Shown piece after piece: positions 11,220 through 24,110 of a stretch of 50,047 nt of DNA. The notes under the pieces are model-generated. The model was given only the letters and a program-made list of their open reading frames with translations. It had not been told where the DNA came from and did not search any database. The position numbers and the translations under genes are program-made. The first letter of the stretch is position 1, and the number at the start of each line of letters is the position of its first letter. The stretch comes from Octopus bimaculoides (taxonomy: Eukaryota). The stretch covers positions 162,769,017 to 162,819,063 of the forward strand of contig NC_068983.1 of the NCBI RefSeq assembly GCF_001194135.2, given 5' to 3'.

Positions 11220-12200
11220 ACACATAGCTGCTCAAATATGCTATCAAGATACTACCTTCCTATATATAATGAAATTGTTGTATACAGTGCTCAGGTGCAC
11301 TACAAAAAAAGGAAAAAAGGATGACATCAGGTGTACTGTTGGTGAATTTCAGGAAGCATAGAAGTTTTGATGGATGCAGTGTCCCGACCAGTGCTGGATT
11401 AACCATTAAGCAAAATAAGCACGTGCTTAGGGCATCAAAGAAAGGAGGGCGGGGGGCAATACAAAAATGGTAAATGGTTTACGGCACAAAAGAAATCACT
11501 TTAAATTTGCTAAAATAATATTCGGGCTACCTTTATCTCTATTAAGTATAGATGCAGATGTGTTACCTAAGATTAATTTTGACGATCTGATCAAAGATCT
11601 TGCAATTCAAAAAGTAGGAAACTTTTCAAATATTAATAAAGTGGAAGAATACGAAAATAAACATTATTTTTCCGCTTACTGATTTGTTTCGTTTTGAGAA
11701 ATAAAAAAATATTTTATGGTTTGTTATTGTTTATATTTTGAATTACATAATCTTTTATGGAGGCACCAAAATCTTTTAGGCACTTAGGGCCTCGATGGGT
11801 CTTAATCCAACCCTGGTCGCGACAGCTAACAACTGATGTGAGTAGTTTATTCCATGTTCCAGCAATTCCGAGTATGGGAAAATGTTTCCGAAAGTCATGA
11901 GTGGTGTGTTGCTTTTTGAGTTTGTATGCATGTCCACGAGTATTTGACATATGGAATTGAAAAAGGTGCCCAAGGTTGTTGTTAGAAAGCTGGTAGATAA
12001 TCTTGTGGGTGTCTGGCAAATCAGTTGCCAGACAACGGAGCTTTAATGTCTCCACGCCCAGGGAAACAAAACGTTCAGAGTATGGTAGATGCCTGACGGC
12101 GGGTATTCGTTTGGTTGCACGTCTCTGCACAGTTTCCAGGAGATTGATATGTTGAGCAAGATAGGGGTTCCACGTCGTAAAAACATTGGCATTCGGAAAA
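11220..12200 (-). mobile_element. CR1-clade LINE 3' fragment interrupted by a hAT element
   Basis: Minus ORF contains WNPYLAQHINLLETVQRRATK...TRGHAYKL...WNKL..SVVSCRD. The frame resumes as TASIKTSMLPEIHQQYT* left of the insertion. Confidence 0.85.
11389..11815 (+). mobile_element. Non-autonomous hAT derivative retaining a transposase C-terminal remnant
   Basis: TIRs CAGTGCTGGATTAA and TTAATCCAACCCTG. 8-bp TSD GTCCCGAC / GTCGCGAC. ORF 11467 contains LSLLSIDADVLPKINFDDLIKDLAIQK, resembling the hAT dimerisation-domain end. Confidence 0.85.
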
Positions 12201-12204
12201 AAGA

Positions 12205-12470
12205 CAGTCCTGGAATGAATATTGAAAACTCCTCTGTTGTTGAGTACGTACAGAAACAGCAACACAAGGAATATTGGTGGAACATTCCCTTCAAAACTTC
12301 TATCAAGTGTAAACATAACAAATCGATTATTGTTTTTTGGGGTAGACAAGAGAAAGTATGTATTATTATAGAGGCCAGCTATCTTGGTGATGTAAATATC
12401 TCTTTGAAAATTAACGAGAAAGAGGAAAACTATGGACAGCTGCTTCGAAACCTCCAGCTTCTGTACCCAG
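12205..12470 (+). mobile_element. R4/Dong-like RLE endonuclease fragment
   Basis: WWNIPFKTSIKCKHNKSIIVFW..QEKVCIIIEAS..GDVNISLKINEKEENYGQLLRNLQLLYPD resembles a decayed HNRPD..D/E RLE motif. Homologous to 23469-23734. Confidence 0.7.
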
Positions 12471-13606
12471 ATACCCATACAGCTGGTGTATGTATGTACC
12501 CATACATACATACACCAGCTTTTCAACAACAATCTTGGGCACCTTTTTCAATTCCTAATGTCAAACACTCGTCGTCATGCTCACAAAATCAATATATGTA
12601 TGTAAATTATAAATTCACTTGGTTTTGTGAATAAATGCTTGACTGACAACCGGGAAAAGCTAGGTTTTTCAGAAAAAAGCAACTAGCTAATTTGCACATT
12701 ACGAGTACAATCAGAAAGTGGAACGGTAAAGATATGCAAGACTTTTCTCAAGTTTAAAATCTGAATTTGTTTTTGCTATCAAGATTCTAACGATGGAGCT
12801 TTTTAACTTTGTGAGAAACCTGTTCCTTACTCAAAAGAGAACACACACACACACACACACGCGCGCGCGCGCACACACACACAAACACACATGCACACGC
12901 AAGCACGCACGCACATACATACATTGTACAAGATGGCGCCGTCAACGTCAGGCGTGTAGGCATAAAGGACCATTTAAAATTTCGTTTTGAACCTTTTCGC
13001 CTATATTTATGCTGACTTCTCCAACCTTAATCAGTAACTAGTTTATTTCTCCCATTATAAAAAGGAAAAACACCTTTCATTTACCAATGCAACGTTATTC
13101 AGACCGAGTTAAAAGAAAATATACCTTATATCACGTAGAATTTCGCTAACCCGATCATGGCTGAAATTAATAACACCGCCATCGACGAAAGCAGCATTGC
13201 AACACTATGAAGCTATCTAAGAAGAGATAAATACTCCTCTCATTTTACTTGAACTCTATATCTAAACCAAGACTTACTTCGGGAAATATGCAATACTTTT
13301 CTCTACTTTAAGATATGACATTGTTTCCGTTATTAACATTCGAAACGAAGGAGTTTTGTATCTTTGTTCGAAACTAGTTCCTTCCTCAGAGGAAGAATTT
13401 AAATGATTTAAAACAGAAGAGAACACATACATAGAGACCGCTTGTTAGATTGTTTTTATTGCATTTATACTTTTGTGTGTGAGTGAGTGTGCGGCGGTGA
13501 CAGTATGTGGTGTGTATGAGGAGTTCGTTGAGGTTTGATTCCCCTCTCCAGTCTCGTCTTCTCTATATCTCTCCCTTTCTCTCCTCCTTCTCTAACACCT
13601 CTCTCT

Positions 13607-13659
13607 CTCTCTTTATATATATATATATATATATATGGTTAGTGACTGCGATTACTGTG

Positions 13660-13744
<85 letters not shown>

Positions 13745-13870
13745 GCGTCTGAACATTCACATCTGTGTGCGTGCGCACGCAGGCCTTCTTGTTCACACAC
13801 ACACACACATACACACACACACATACACACACACATACACACACACATATGCACACACATATGTATAAAT
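13607..13870. repeat. Compound (TC)/(TA)/(CA) microsatellites
   Basis: Direct. Confidence 0.95.
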
Positions 13871-13986
13871 CGTTCTACTCATCCATGTCTTTCTATCTGT
13901 CTCTCTCTTCTCAGCCTCCCCTCTCGTATACATATTCTCTATATAATATTTATGTATAAAACTTTATATCTGTATAAAAGACAAAT

Positions 13987-14036
<50 letters not shown>

Positions 14037-15216
14037 CGTATATATATGTATATTGCTATATACTGAGGTGTTTATACACATGTGTTATCTCCAGATACCC
14101 CACCTCGCCGCTCCCCATATCGTTGATAACACTTACCATGAACAGCACAATTGCGATGTTAATATTGCAGCTTAATTCGAAGAAGTAACAGCATAACCTA
14201 AGTGCCATTAATAGATGTCTGCGATTAGTCCAAGAATAGGTCAGCGAGATGAACCATAGAGTTAAATGGAGAGATTCGGCAGAATCTTAAATGTGTACAG
14301 AAATATCGCCAAGATAGGATTTATTTTGATTAGACATAAAGTGAAGTTTTGTAAAGAAGGTCTATAGATGCGTGCCATCCACATTACTGGTACCATTTTT
14401 ACCATTTCAAGAACTTAGAATAGAGAAAGTGGTTCCCGTGAAGTATTAACGTATTTTGTTTGAAAAACTTTCTCACAGAACCAAATATTCGGAATAAAGT
14501 TTTCGCATTTTTTGTCCTCCTCATTGCAAGTGTTATGGCAGTACTTGTTGCCCTCTCTCTGTCTTTGTCTACCTGCCTCCCTGTCTGTTTGTCTCTACCC
14601 CCCCCCCCACACCAGAAGAAATCCTATTCGTGACTGATACATGTTGGTTTGGTTGAAATATGTGTCGCGGTGCAGACATGGCTATGATCATTTCGCAATC
14701 CCTGGGGTCCTTGGGTTCAATTCCATTATACGATGCATTGAGTCAGTAATTTGATGGATCTATTTTTTATGTGTGGAATTTAGATGACGGGAACCACGAT
14801 GAAAGCCGTCGCGTATGTTTATATATATATATATNNNNNNNNNNNNNNNNNNNNNNNNNNNNNNNNNNNNNNNNNNNNNNNNNNNNNNNNNNNNNNNNNN
14901 NNNNNNNNNNNNNNNNNNNNNNNNNNNNNNNNNNNNNNNNNNNNNNNNNNNNNNNNNNNNNNNNNNNNNNNNNNNNNNNNNNNNNNNNNNNNNNNNNNNN
15001 NNNNNNNNNNNNNNNNNNNNNNNNNNNNNNNNNNNNNNNNNNNNNNNNNNNNNNNNNNNNNNNNNNNNNNNNNNNNNNNNNNNNNNNNNNNNNNNNNNNN
15101 NNNNNNNNNNNNNNNNNNNNNNNNNNNNNNNNNNNNNNNNNNNNNNNNNNNNNNNNNNNNNNNNNNNNNNNNNNNNNNNNNNNNNNNNNNNNNNNNNNNN
15201 NNNNNNNNNNNNNNNN

Positions 15217-15247
<31 letters not shown>

Positions 15248-15574
15248 GTGTGTGTTTGTACACTCCCATACACAAAGTGGCTTCTCGCTTTGTTTGGACT
15301 TTCTAATACGAAGAAAAAACAAAACTTGGGCATAAAGACTGGAAAGATACTAACTCTTATATCCTTGAGTTTGGATATAGACTACACTGTAACTGTTATA
15401 ACATTATAAATGCTAAATCAGTAACAAACACGTAACGAACGTATGCCTCTTCTCAACGACTTCTACGACTACCTTCGCAAATGCGATTGCACACACCACA
15501 CTGTACCTCGCACTGCTAGTACGCATGCGCTTTGTAAAGTTTAGGACTGTTCACCTGAGGTGGGCGTAAGATTA

Positions 15575-15728
15575 TTACATCGACCCCAGTATTCAACTGG
15601 TACTTATTTTATCGACCCTGAAAAAAATGAAAGGCGAAGTCGGCTTTGGTGGCATTTGAACTCAGAATGTCGAAACGGACGAACTGTTACTTAGGCGTAC
15701 TAAACGATTCTGGCCGTTCGTCGCCTTC
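15575..15728 (-). mobile_element. SINE family C, decayed
   Basis: ATCGACCCCAGTATTCAACTGGTACTT...ATTTGAACTCAGAA. Confidence 0.8.
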
Positions 15729-18015
15729 CGGAAAAGTAATATATTGGTATCAGGAACATTCGATTTTGATATATTTATGAATGCATGATTCTAATGTATT
15801 AAATGAATTGAAACTCTTTCTGAAATATAGAACTCTTTGTAAAAGAGAAAATGTTACGAAAAAAAAAAAAAAAAGAACAGGTTTGAAATAGATCAATCAG
15901 GAATTCGTGACTTTCTTATGCTGCATTCATCAAATTTCGTTATAACTTTTAATTATGATATTAATTATAGCCATCACAGTTATTGTGAGCAGGAAGAGGC
16001 GTTATAATGGGTGAATTCAGTGCATCTGCATTATGAAAGGAAATGCAATAATGTATAAAGATGTATGCAGATTATTAAGGAAATTAATTCATCCATCCAT
16101 TCATCCAAACATACTTGCTTATGATTGTTCATTAAACCAGATGATGACTTTCTCCTCCTTTTCTGTGGATATTTTAATGATTATTCGTCCTAATTCTTTA
16201 TCTCTAACTTTGATTATAAACGAAACTTGCAATACCTCCTTGTTTCTTTTCTTCTGGTGGTGCTGAGTGTGTTTATCCACCGCATAATCATTTCTCTGCC
16301 AACAGTGAAGTTAAAGTCGGGCAGCAAGGTCTTCTACTTGTGAAGGATTTGTTTCATATTTCAAGAAAATTCCAGTTGGTCTTTGAACTGCTTCGTTTGT
16401 CTTCCAGCCAGATTTTAATCAGAGATTTACTGGAAATCGAGGATTTCAAGAATAATAAGAACTAAACTTTGTGTCATAGATTGTGGAAGCTAGAGAAGAG
16501 CCTTTGTCATCTTTCCTGCTACTCCTCACCGAGGTCCTGAGTTATTCAGGAGCTTTGACTGCAGTACGAAGAAAGCCCTAACAAATACCGGAAGTCGTAA
16601 AGCCTGCACCTGTTTTATATTTAACTCTCTGCTCTCTGTTACTTCACCAAAAAATCTAAACATAATTCCTCATACAGAATTAGCGTAATTATTTTCTATA
16701 CTATTAATTATTGTCAAGTTATTACTGAACATGAGTATAGAGCAATAATTATACGTCATAGAAAATATTTCGGTTGCCATGATCATATGACTCCTCAAGG
16801 GGTTTCAATTCTCCACCTAGAATTAATATGCATTTCAATGATTCATTCTATAAATGTTTACGTAACATTTTGAATGTTTCCTGATTATTGGAGAAGTGAT
16901 ATATTGCCTCTTGTAAATTCGGAATATTCACATTAACATACTTCATCAACGCTGTTAGACATACATTTCCTTCAAAGAACAAAAATGGTTATTGACTGCA
17001 TCTTATTGTTTCGAAGTAAAAATAGAATTCGTCCTTTATCCGATTACATCAATAATAAATTTACATAAACAAAATGACTGCGAAGTGCAATTATCATCAC
17101 ATGAAAATTGATATATTTTATAATGATTAGGTGAAAAATGTTGCGTTGCTTAACATGATTGATAAAGAGACTAAGGAGTCCCTTGACTGAGTTCCTTATA
17201 TGTTCCAAATCTGCCCTCCATTGAAGAAAAAAATAAAAACGGTGATAACTATTTGTATAATAGTTTTTCAACGTCAATATATCTCATTCGTGATGATAAT
17301 CCCAGACCTGATGTTTTCAAAAATCGTGTAAATATTCCATGTCTATGAAGAAAATAACACGTGATGTATAAAAAAATCACATTACCTCAAGCACGTTTAC
17401 TAAGATCCAGGAAGCAATATTATTGTAACATCATGAAACACACATCAAAGTGCACCAAAATGCAGATTTATTTGCTTTTTTTTTTATTGATAAACCCTTC
17501 TCGTTTCAAAGAACATAATGCAGGCATTTAATTATGATCTTATTTGTAACTAGTTTCCCCAGCAAAGTTTGGATTTTTGTGTTTTTTATTCAATTTCTGA
17601 TCAATATCTGAAGGCCCATAGGGTAATCACTATAGTCAATCGACTATTATTCAATGATTCGAAAAAGTCAGGAATTCAGATTATTTTTTTTTCTTCTAAT
17701 GTTGCCTGCCTTGGGCTAAATATAATGCAACTTCCAAATGAAACGTGACGTTAGTCGTAGAGTTTGATGGAAGTCTCTAAAATCTGTATGAATGTTTATG
17801 AAAAACAAGTCATTTTTACTGAATGTAATTCGTCAAATGAAACAAAAATACAGCTGCTAAAATATATATGCATATCTCTTAATAAAATGGTACCATCGTT
17901 TTCTTGGTCCATAATGAATCGGTGCATTGGTTCAAGAATAGTAAACTGCTCTGTTAAAGAACTCGCTTCATGATTCTTTTTTCTTGGGGACTCATCTCCT
18001 GAGAGACTCGTAGGG

Positions 18016-18071
18016 TCAATGGAATGACACACTGTGTGTCTTAGGTATTTTAAACCTGGTGGACTTCGTCC
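18016..18071 (-). CDS. Candidate terminal coding exon (GTKSTRFKIPKTHSVSFH*) of an unidentified minus-strand gene
   Basis: Pyrimidine tract and CTGACAG acceptor at 18073-18072. Phase matches the 19050-18917 candidate. An alternative phase-0 frame is also open to 17796. Confidence 0.3.
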
Positions 18072-18134
18072 CTGTCAGTCGATTTTTCCAGAAAGAAAAA
18101 GAAAGAGAGAATAATAATTGCCGTCCCTAATACG

Positions 18135-18265
18135 ACACGGGTACTTTATCGGCCCTGAAAAGACGAAAGGTAAAACTGACCTCGGCGAAACTCAGAGTGC
18201 ACACAGCCGGAACAAATACCGTATGTAATTTTATCCCATGCCCTAACGGCTGTGTTACTTCGCCA
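18135..18265 (-). mobile_element. SINE family C, decayed and deleted
   Basis: GGTACTTTATCGGCCCTGAAAAGACGAAAGGTAAAACTGACCTCGGCG. Confidence 0.7.
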
Positions 18266-18916
18266 ACCTTGTGATCAATATAATGAGATAGGAAGTAATC
18301 ACTACTGAGATAACATTCCACACATTTTCACACACAACTCTCGCAAATCATCGTCCATTAGTTATCTGTCCTCATCACAACTATGGCAAGAGATAGGCAA
18401 AAACCTCAAGACGGTCTGTTTAGAAAAATTGTAATAGAGATTAAATATAATACGGAACTAAGATAACGTAGGTTGATTTGCAATGCTCTTCAGAAAGGCA
18501 TAAACATCATAGCCTCACATTCAACGCTCAAATCTTATAGTTTTCTCTATGTGTAGTCAAATAAAATAAACATCATATTTAAACTGACACAGATAACTTT
18601 TAACAATACAATGCAGAAATTCCCTAACGATATAATGCGGAAATGCCCCAACGAAACAATAAATCAAGTAAATGAAGAAATTGGGATCGAGACTATTCAA
18701 GAAATATTGATTTCTAAAGCCAAATACTATAATTTATAGATTAAGGATAGCGAAGTTTTGTAATAGACAGGCATTTCTCATGAGAATTACTGGCATTATC
18801 CAGAAATTAAAATTAATTCGCAGACCCGATTCTTGAGATTATTCCTTGTTCTACAATTGTAATAAAATTGATCTCTTTTGTCGAGGCATAAATGTATACG
18901 GCAGGAAAACTTTTAC

Positions 18917-19050
18917 CGGAGTGAAAATGAGATGCTGTTGTAAATTCAAGTACATTAATGGGGGCGGCAAAGCAAAAGGGGGTTTCAATTTGCTGTAATC
19001 TTACATCCCACTCATCAGTAGTCTCAACATTTTTCAAGAAACATTGATTT
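18917..19050 (-). CDS. Candidate internal exon (NQCFLKNVETTDEWDVRLQQIETPFCFAAPINVLEFTTASHFHS)
   Basis: TTTTCTTTCTTATTTCAAAG acceptor, CCG|GTAAAA donor, open frame and non-repetitive composition. No family recognised. Confidence 0.4.
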
Positions 19051-20870
19051 CTTTGAAATAAGAAAGAAAAATTTTAGTTGGGAAAGGAAAACTGTTTTGT
19101 GAAGAAACAGTTTCCGATGTCCCGTTTATAAATTGGTGTACTATAATCATTACTATCAAACAATTATTGTAAACATTTTTAACTATAGTCCATGATTTGA
19201 GGGAATCGACGAATTTACTAATTTTTAAGGTTATCTCTATAGTTATTCTATAAAATTCAGAGCCAACTCTATAAGTTGTAACGTTTCATAAACAAATACG
19301 TCCACGTAAACAATGCGATCGAAGACAGAAAAATAAGTAAAGGGTGTATATGCACATTTCGAGGATTATTGTTCTCACATCAGCACCTCATCCTACTTAT
19401 CATCTATCAACAAATATATTGTTTAAATACCTACTAGTTTAATCGGATAGACCAATTTGCATGTTAAACATATTGCTGGCAAAGGCTTGCATATTTAATT
19501 GCTGGCAAAGGAACTGTATTTCGTTTTATTACCATAATAAGCTATCAAATATATTATAGGTTTAAGTCAATACTTAAAACACTGTTAACACACGGTAGAA
19601 CACGGTATTGATTTAATAAACTATAATATATCTAATAGTGTATTATGGTTATAAAACGAAATACTGTTGCCTTGCCAGTAATTAAACGTTTACTAATATA
19701 TTATTAAACTTGTAATTAACAAAGTTAAAACTAAAATAAATTAAAAAAATGAACAGCAAACTCAGAATGAAAGCAAACGATGGAAACAGGAAATATTAAG
19801 TATAATTTTAAGTCTTCGAAAAAGGAGTTTCGTGGTATTGGGTGGGAGGGTGGCAGTGGAAAGCAATTTAAAAAACCTAAGATTAATTATAAAGTAAATA
19901 GAAATTTTAATTTCATGAAAATTTTAATTGTTATTTTAAAAGTTATCTTTTATGATGTTTATTTTATTTGACTACACATAGAGAAAGTTTTAAGATTTGA
20001 GCATTGAATGTGAGGTTGTGATGTTTATGGCTTTCTGAAGAGCATTCTAAATCAACCATACGTAATCTTAGTTTAAAATATTCGCCGAAGAGATGACGAA
20101 TATTAGGAAGTAATGTAGTTTTAATAGTAAAAAAGAGACGGTGACAAAGAACCAGGAAAAGAAATTGTGTTGGGATTTTGAATGTGGTTAATGCACAGAT
20201 TAGATTTAAAAATTGCGAAGGTCGCTCTAGATTATTAATAAGATCAGTCTCGGTGAGATAATCAATTGCATTCGAAAATAATATTCTACAACTAAATAAT
20301 CTTTCAAAGTAGCAGGAAAAATGAAAGAAAAGAAAATGGATTGACAAATGGTTGTTTTGGTGGATGAGAAGTTGTAGTTAAAAGACAAATGAACAAGGAA
20401 GAATGGTTAAGGAATGGTAAAAGTGGATATTCAGTCGTATTACTATGTCACCGAAATCTACTGTATTTGGCTGAGGAACTGAATACTCAGCTGTGTTTCT
20501 ATACCATAGAAATTCTGTTGTAATTGTATATGCGATTTTTTAAACGTCACAATCGATCTTAATGATTTTAATGAAATAGAAGAGGCCTTGTCTAAATCTG
20601 TATTGAACTTTAATATCCAGTTTACAATCAACATACAACACAAAATAAACTGAGATATTAACACAGAAACGATAACAATAATACCAAATACTTTTCACTG
20701 AAGCTGGTAACAGGAATTTCAATACTAGTATTTTTATCGTATGCTTCACATAGAAATAAATTTTGTTTAACCGAGGCTCAACAAATTCTTACTGCATTTT
20801 CATTGTAGATTGCAAACTCAGCAGACGTGCATGGTTCTTGTATTAGAGGACATCTCAACAAAGGATTTAT

Positions 20871-21158
20871 TGAAGTAGTTGTATGCTGTCAACTTAATGT
20901 GACAGTCCCCTGAAGAGAATACTACTACTGTTGGTTAGACTTAGAAAGCTGCACCGCTTCCTGTCGGCCTTGACACATTTCCTGTGTCCTTATGTTTACA
21001 AGCTGGGTAGAGGTGCTTGTCTCCCCCTTGTAAACATAAGGACACAGGAAATGTGTCAAGGCTGTCAGGAAGCGGTGCAGCTTCCTAGGTGTAACCAACA
21101 GTAGTATTATTCCCTTCATGGGACTGTCACATTAAGTTGACAGCATACAACTACTTCA
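20871..21158. mobile_element. Long foldback (about 132-bp arms, 24-nt loop), unclassified MITE-like element
   Basis: 20871-21002 is a near-perfect reverse complement of 21027-21158. Confidence 0.85.
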
Positions 21159-21467
21159 TCGTATCACTACTGCATAAATCTCTCTGAGAGATTTAGAAAT
21201 GTATTATTTCTAAAAAAAGAGGATTTATTATTTGTGACTCTGTACCACAGAGCTCTCGTGAAAGCGGTGTATCTTAAGTTTAGGTAATTCGACTCAATCA
21301 CTTCTGGTTCTCAGCCACTCAATACTTCTCCCACTTAGTTTAACCTATATCCACACCAGATTCTAGCTGCTCACTTTTCAACATTTCCAGTATTATTAAA
21401 GAAGAAATGCTGATGTTTCTTTTCTTCTCAATTAACGGACAAAATTTCGAAATGCATTCCGACAAAG

Positions 21468-21692
21468 TGATAGTATGTTGTCAACTTAATGTAACAGTCC
21501 CATGAAAGGGAAGAATGCTACTGTTATTTAGCCACCGTTTCCTGTTGGACTTGACACGTTTCTTGTGTCTTAGGGCTAAATAACAGTAGTATTATTCCCT
21601 TCCATGGGGCTGTCACATTAAGTTGACAATATACTATCAGTTTATCGTGCTGCTACTGAATAAATCTCCCTGAGAGATTTAGAAATGTATTA
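21468..21692. mobile_element. Second, internally shortened copy of the same foldback element
   Basis: Palindrome 21468-21639, plus the same downstream TAAATCTC(T/C)CTGAGAGATTTAGAAATGTATTATT tail as 21175-21208. Confidence 0.8.
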
Positions 21693-22899
21693 TTCCGACG
21701 TTAATAATTTTGTTAAGTGCGCGTTTAATTTGTGTTGCTATGAAAAAAACCTAGTACGGTCATATAAATTGTTATTCACACATAACTACTCTATGTCAAA
21801 CCAAGTGAACGTCTATCGAACGCTGAAAATATAGAAGAAAAAAGTAGATTGCATGTTGAAAACGAGTGAAAGTTTGCTTATTTCTTTGATGAAACAAATA
21901 ACAAACATGTTTGGATATCTAGTAGAATTCTTTTGAAGAAAATGTCTGCAAGTTTATTGATCGAAGCGGAAGTGGAAGATCTGAAAGTTTCTAGCTTTTG
22001 AAAAATAATTCAATAACCAATGATATAAAATATTTTTTCAATGGTATATAGAGTTATATAAAAATGTAATATAAACTAGAAACGTTGTAACGTATTTAAA
22101 TATAAACTTTAGTATGAATAGATATAAATAGACATTCAAATTATATTCTACATACGCACATAGGCATACATGCTGCTGCATGTTTATGAAATTATATACG
22201 TAATTATCTTCTACTTTATATATACATGCAGATACGCACACCCCCATCTCCCCACATTCGAGTGTTACCTTTGGAATTTACTCTTTTAAGCTCGTAAACA
22301 GGTACAGGCTATCGGATATGACTATAAATCGGTGGCGGATATTTTACTGATCATATTTCCGAAAACCCGTAATATCCGTAGAACATAATTATTAACAAGG
22401 AGAGTCGATTGAGCAAATTGTTTTATTACATACATTTACAATTGTTTCATCAACGTCCGAACTCAAGTGTATTGCTTTATTATATATATATATATAACTA
22501 TAGACACAAGGCGCATCATTATATCGGTACAATTGAATACTAGCTCATCAGAATCCTGTATATAATACATTTGCAACAGAAAACTTATATTATCACGAAT
22601 TTATACCTGTACCAGTAAGTGTGTTTACATGTCACAAGTACAAGAAATAAATAAAAAATAAAAAGTACAGAATAAACCACACTTTAAATCCTCCAGTCAA
22701 TACATATGATGAGGAAAAAAGGAAAGGATAAACACAAAACAATAAAATAAGTCAGCAGATAATATTTTTTGTTTCCACAAAATGTATAATTCATATGGCT
22801 TGGTAATTGTTTAATGCTTTTTTAAAATTATTCTTTTACACGACAGACTTCTACAGACATAGTTTTTGTTGGTCTGCAAGATGTGAAGGCAGCCACTAC

Positions 22900-22948
22900 T
22901 CAGTCCGGCGGTCACTGTCGCACACGCACATAGACGACGAGATATATA
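22900..22948 (-). CDS. Candidate short exon (YISSSMCVCDSDRRT)
   Basis: Good pyrimidine tract and CATCAG acceptor at 22950-22949. The donor GA|GTAGTG is weak. Confidence 0.25.
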
Positions 22949-23060
22949 CTGATGTGGAAGACAGATAAAAGTGATGAAGTAATTAATGTGCTAATTAGCG
23001 CGCCTCACAAACCAAGGAGAAGAAAAAAGTACTAAAAGGAATTTCTAAGCAGATTGACTT

Positions 23061-23130
23061 GAATTATAATTCACGTGAATTATAATTCGTGAATTACAAT
23101 TCGTGAATTATAATTCACGAATTATAATTT
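23061..23130. repeat. Array of five 12-bp palindromes GAATTATAATTC
   Basis: Units start at 23061, 23077, 23091, 23105 and 23119. Two carry one mismatch. Confidence 0.9.
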
Positions 23131-23295
23131 ACTACATATATAATCCATGAAAATAACAGTGAAAAATTCTGAGAAATGAAAATATAAACTGAAAAAGAAC
23201 AAATTATAATTCTCCATTCCTGCATTCCTGAAAACTGGTAGTAAGATTATTAAAATCAGAATAATCCCTCATAAATCAATTAACTGTATCACATA

Positions 23296-23467
23296 AATAC
23301 ATACATGCATACATACACACACACACATACATATATACATACATGCAAACACACATACATACATACATATATACATACATACATGCATACATACATACAT
23401 ACATACATACATACATTCATACATACATGCATACATACATACATACATACATACATACATACATACA
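23296..23467. repeat. (CATA)n microsatellite
   Basis: Direct. A second (CATA)n run lies at about 23810-23892. Confidence 0.95.
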
Positions 23468-23468
23468 T

Positions 23469-24008
23469 GTTAACGTAAAGCTGAAGATCAATGAAAAAGA
23501 GAACCTTACGCTGAACTACTGAGAAACCTGCAGTTACTCTATCCAGGCTGCAAGTTCAGGTTTATACCTGTAATTATTGGGGCCCTGATATATGTAACAC
23601 ACTGCCTAAATACCAATCTTGAGAAATTAGGCATCTCAAAACCAGAAAGGAGAAAGTTAATTCGAAGACTAAAGATCCAATCCATCGCTGGAACTGTAAA
23701 AATCTGTAAAACTTTCCAGAAGTTTATCATTTAAATATATATGAGCATCTCTAGATATGCAAGTATATTCATGAGAAGACATACATAAAGCAAAACATAC
23801 AAATCTGCACATATACATACATACATACATACATGCATGCATACATACATACATACATACATACATACATACATACATACATACATACATACATTCAAAC
23901 AAAAATACCCTGTTTTTGATGTTGAAATTCCAGTGAAGGAGCCTTGGATCTAGGTTAGAAACCGGTTCTTTCTCGATTGGCAGGAAATCTTGAAATAAAC
24001 TGAATAAT
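23469..24008 (+). mobile_element. 5'-truncated R4/Dong-like RLE retrotransposon 3' end within (CATA)n
   Basis: VNVKLKINEKEN/YAELLRNLQLLYPGCKFRFIPVIIGAL...GTVKICKTFQKFII* with one 1-nt frameshift and stop at 23732-23734. A putative 3' UTR with AAATAAA follows. Confidence 0.75.
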
Positions 24009-24110
24009 GACACGCACAACCTCCACCGCATATATAGTTAAAATTATAATCAAATTCGGGCATAAATGTTGTAGGATGCTGTGTAAAGCACGTTCACAGT
24101 TGTTGGCTAC

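Noticed and set aside
11714-12634. Overlapping 272-aa and 181-aa ORFs as host genes
   Set aside because: They are chance read-through across CR1, hAT and RLE fragments.
19964-20347. 127-aa minus-strand ORF
   Set aside because: No recognisable domain or convincing splice signals. It is possibly old retroelement DNA.
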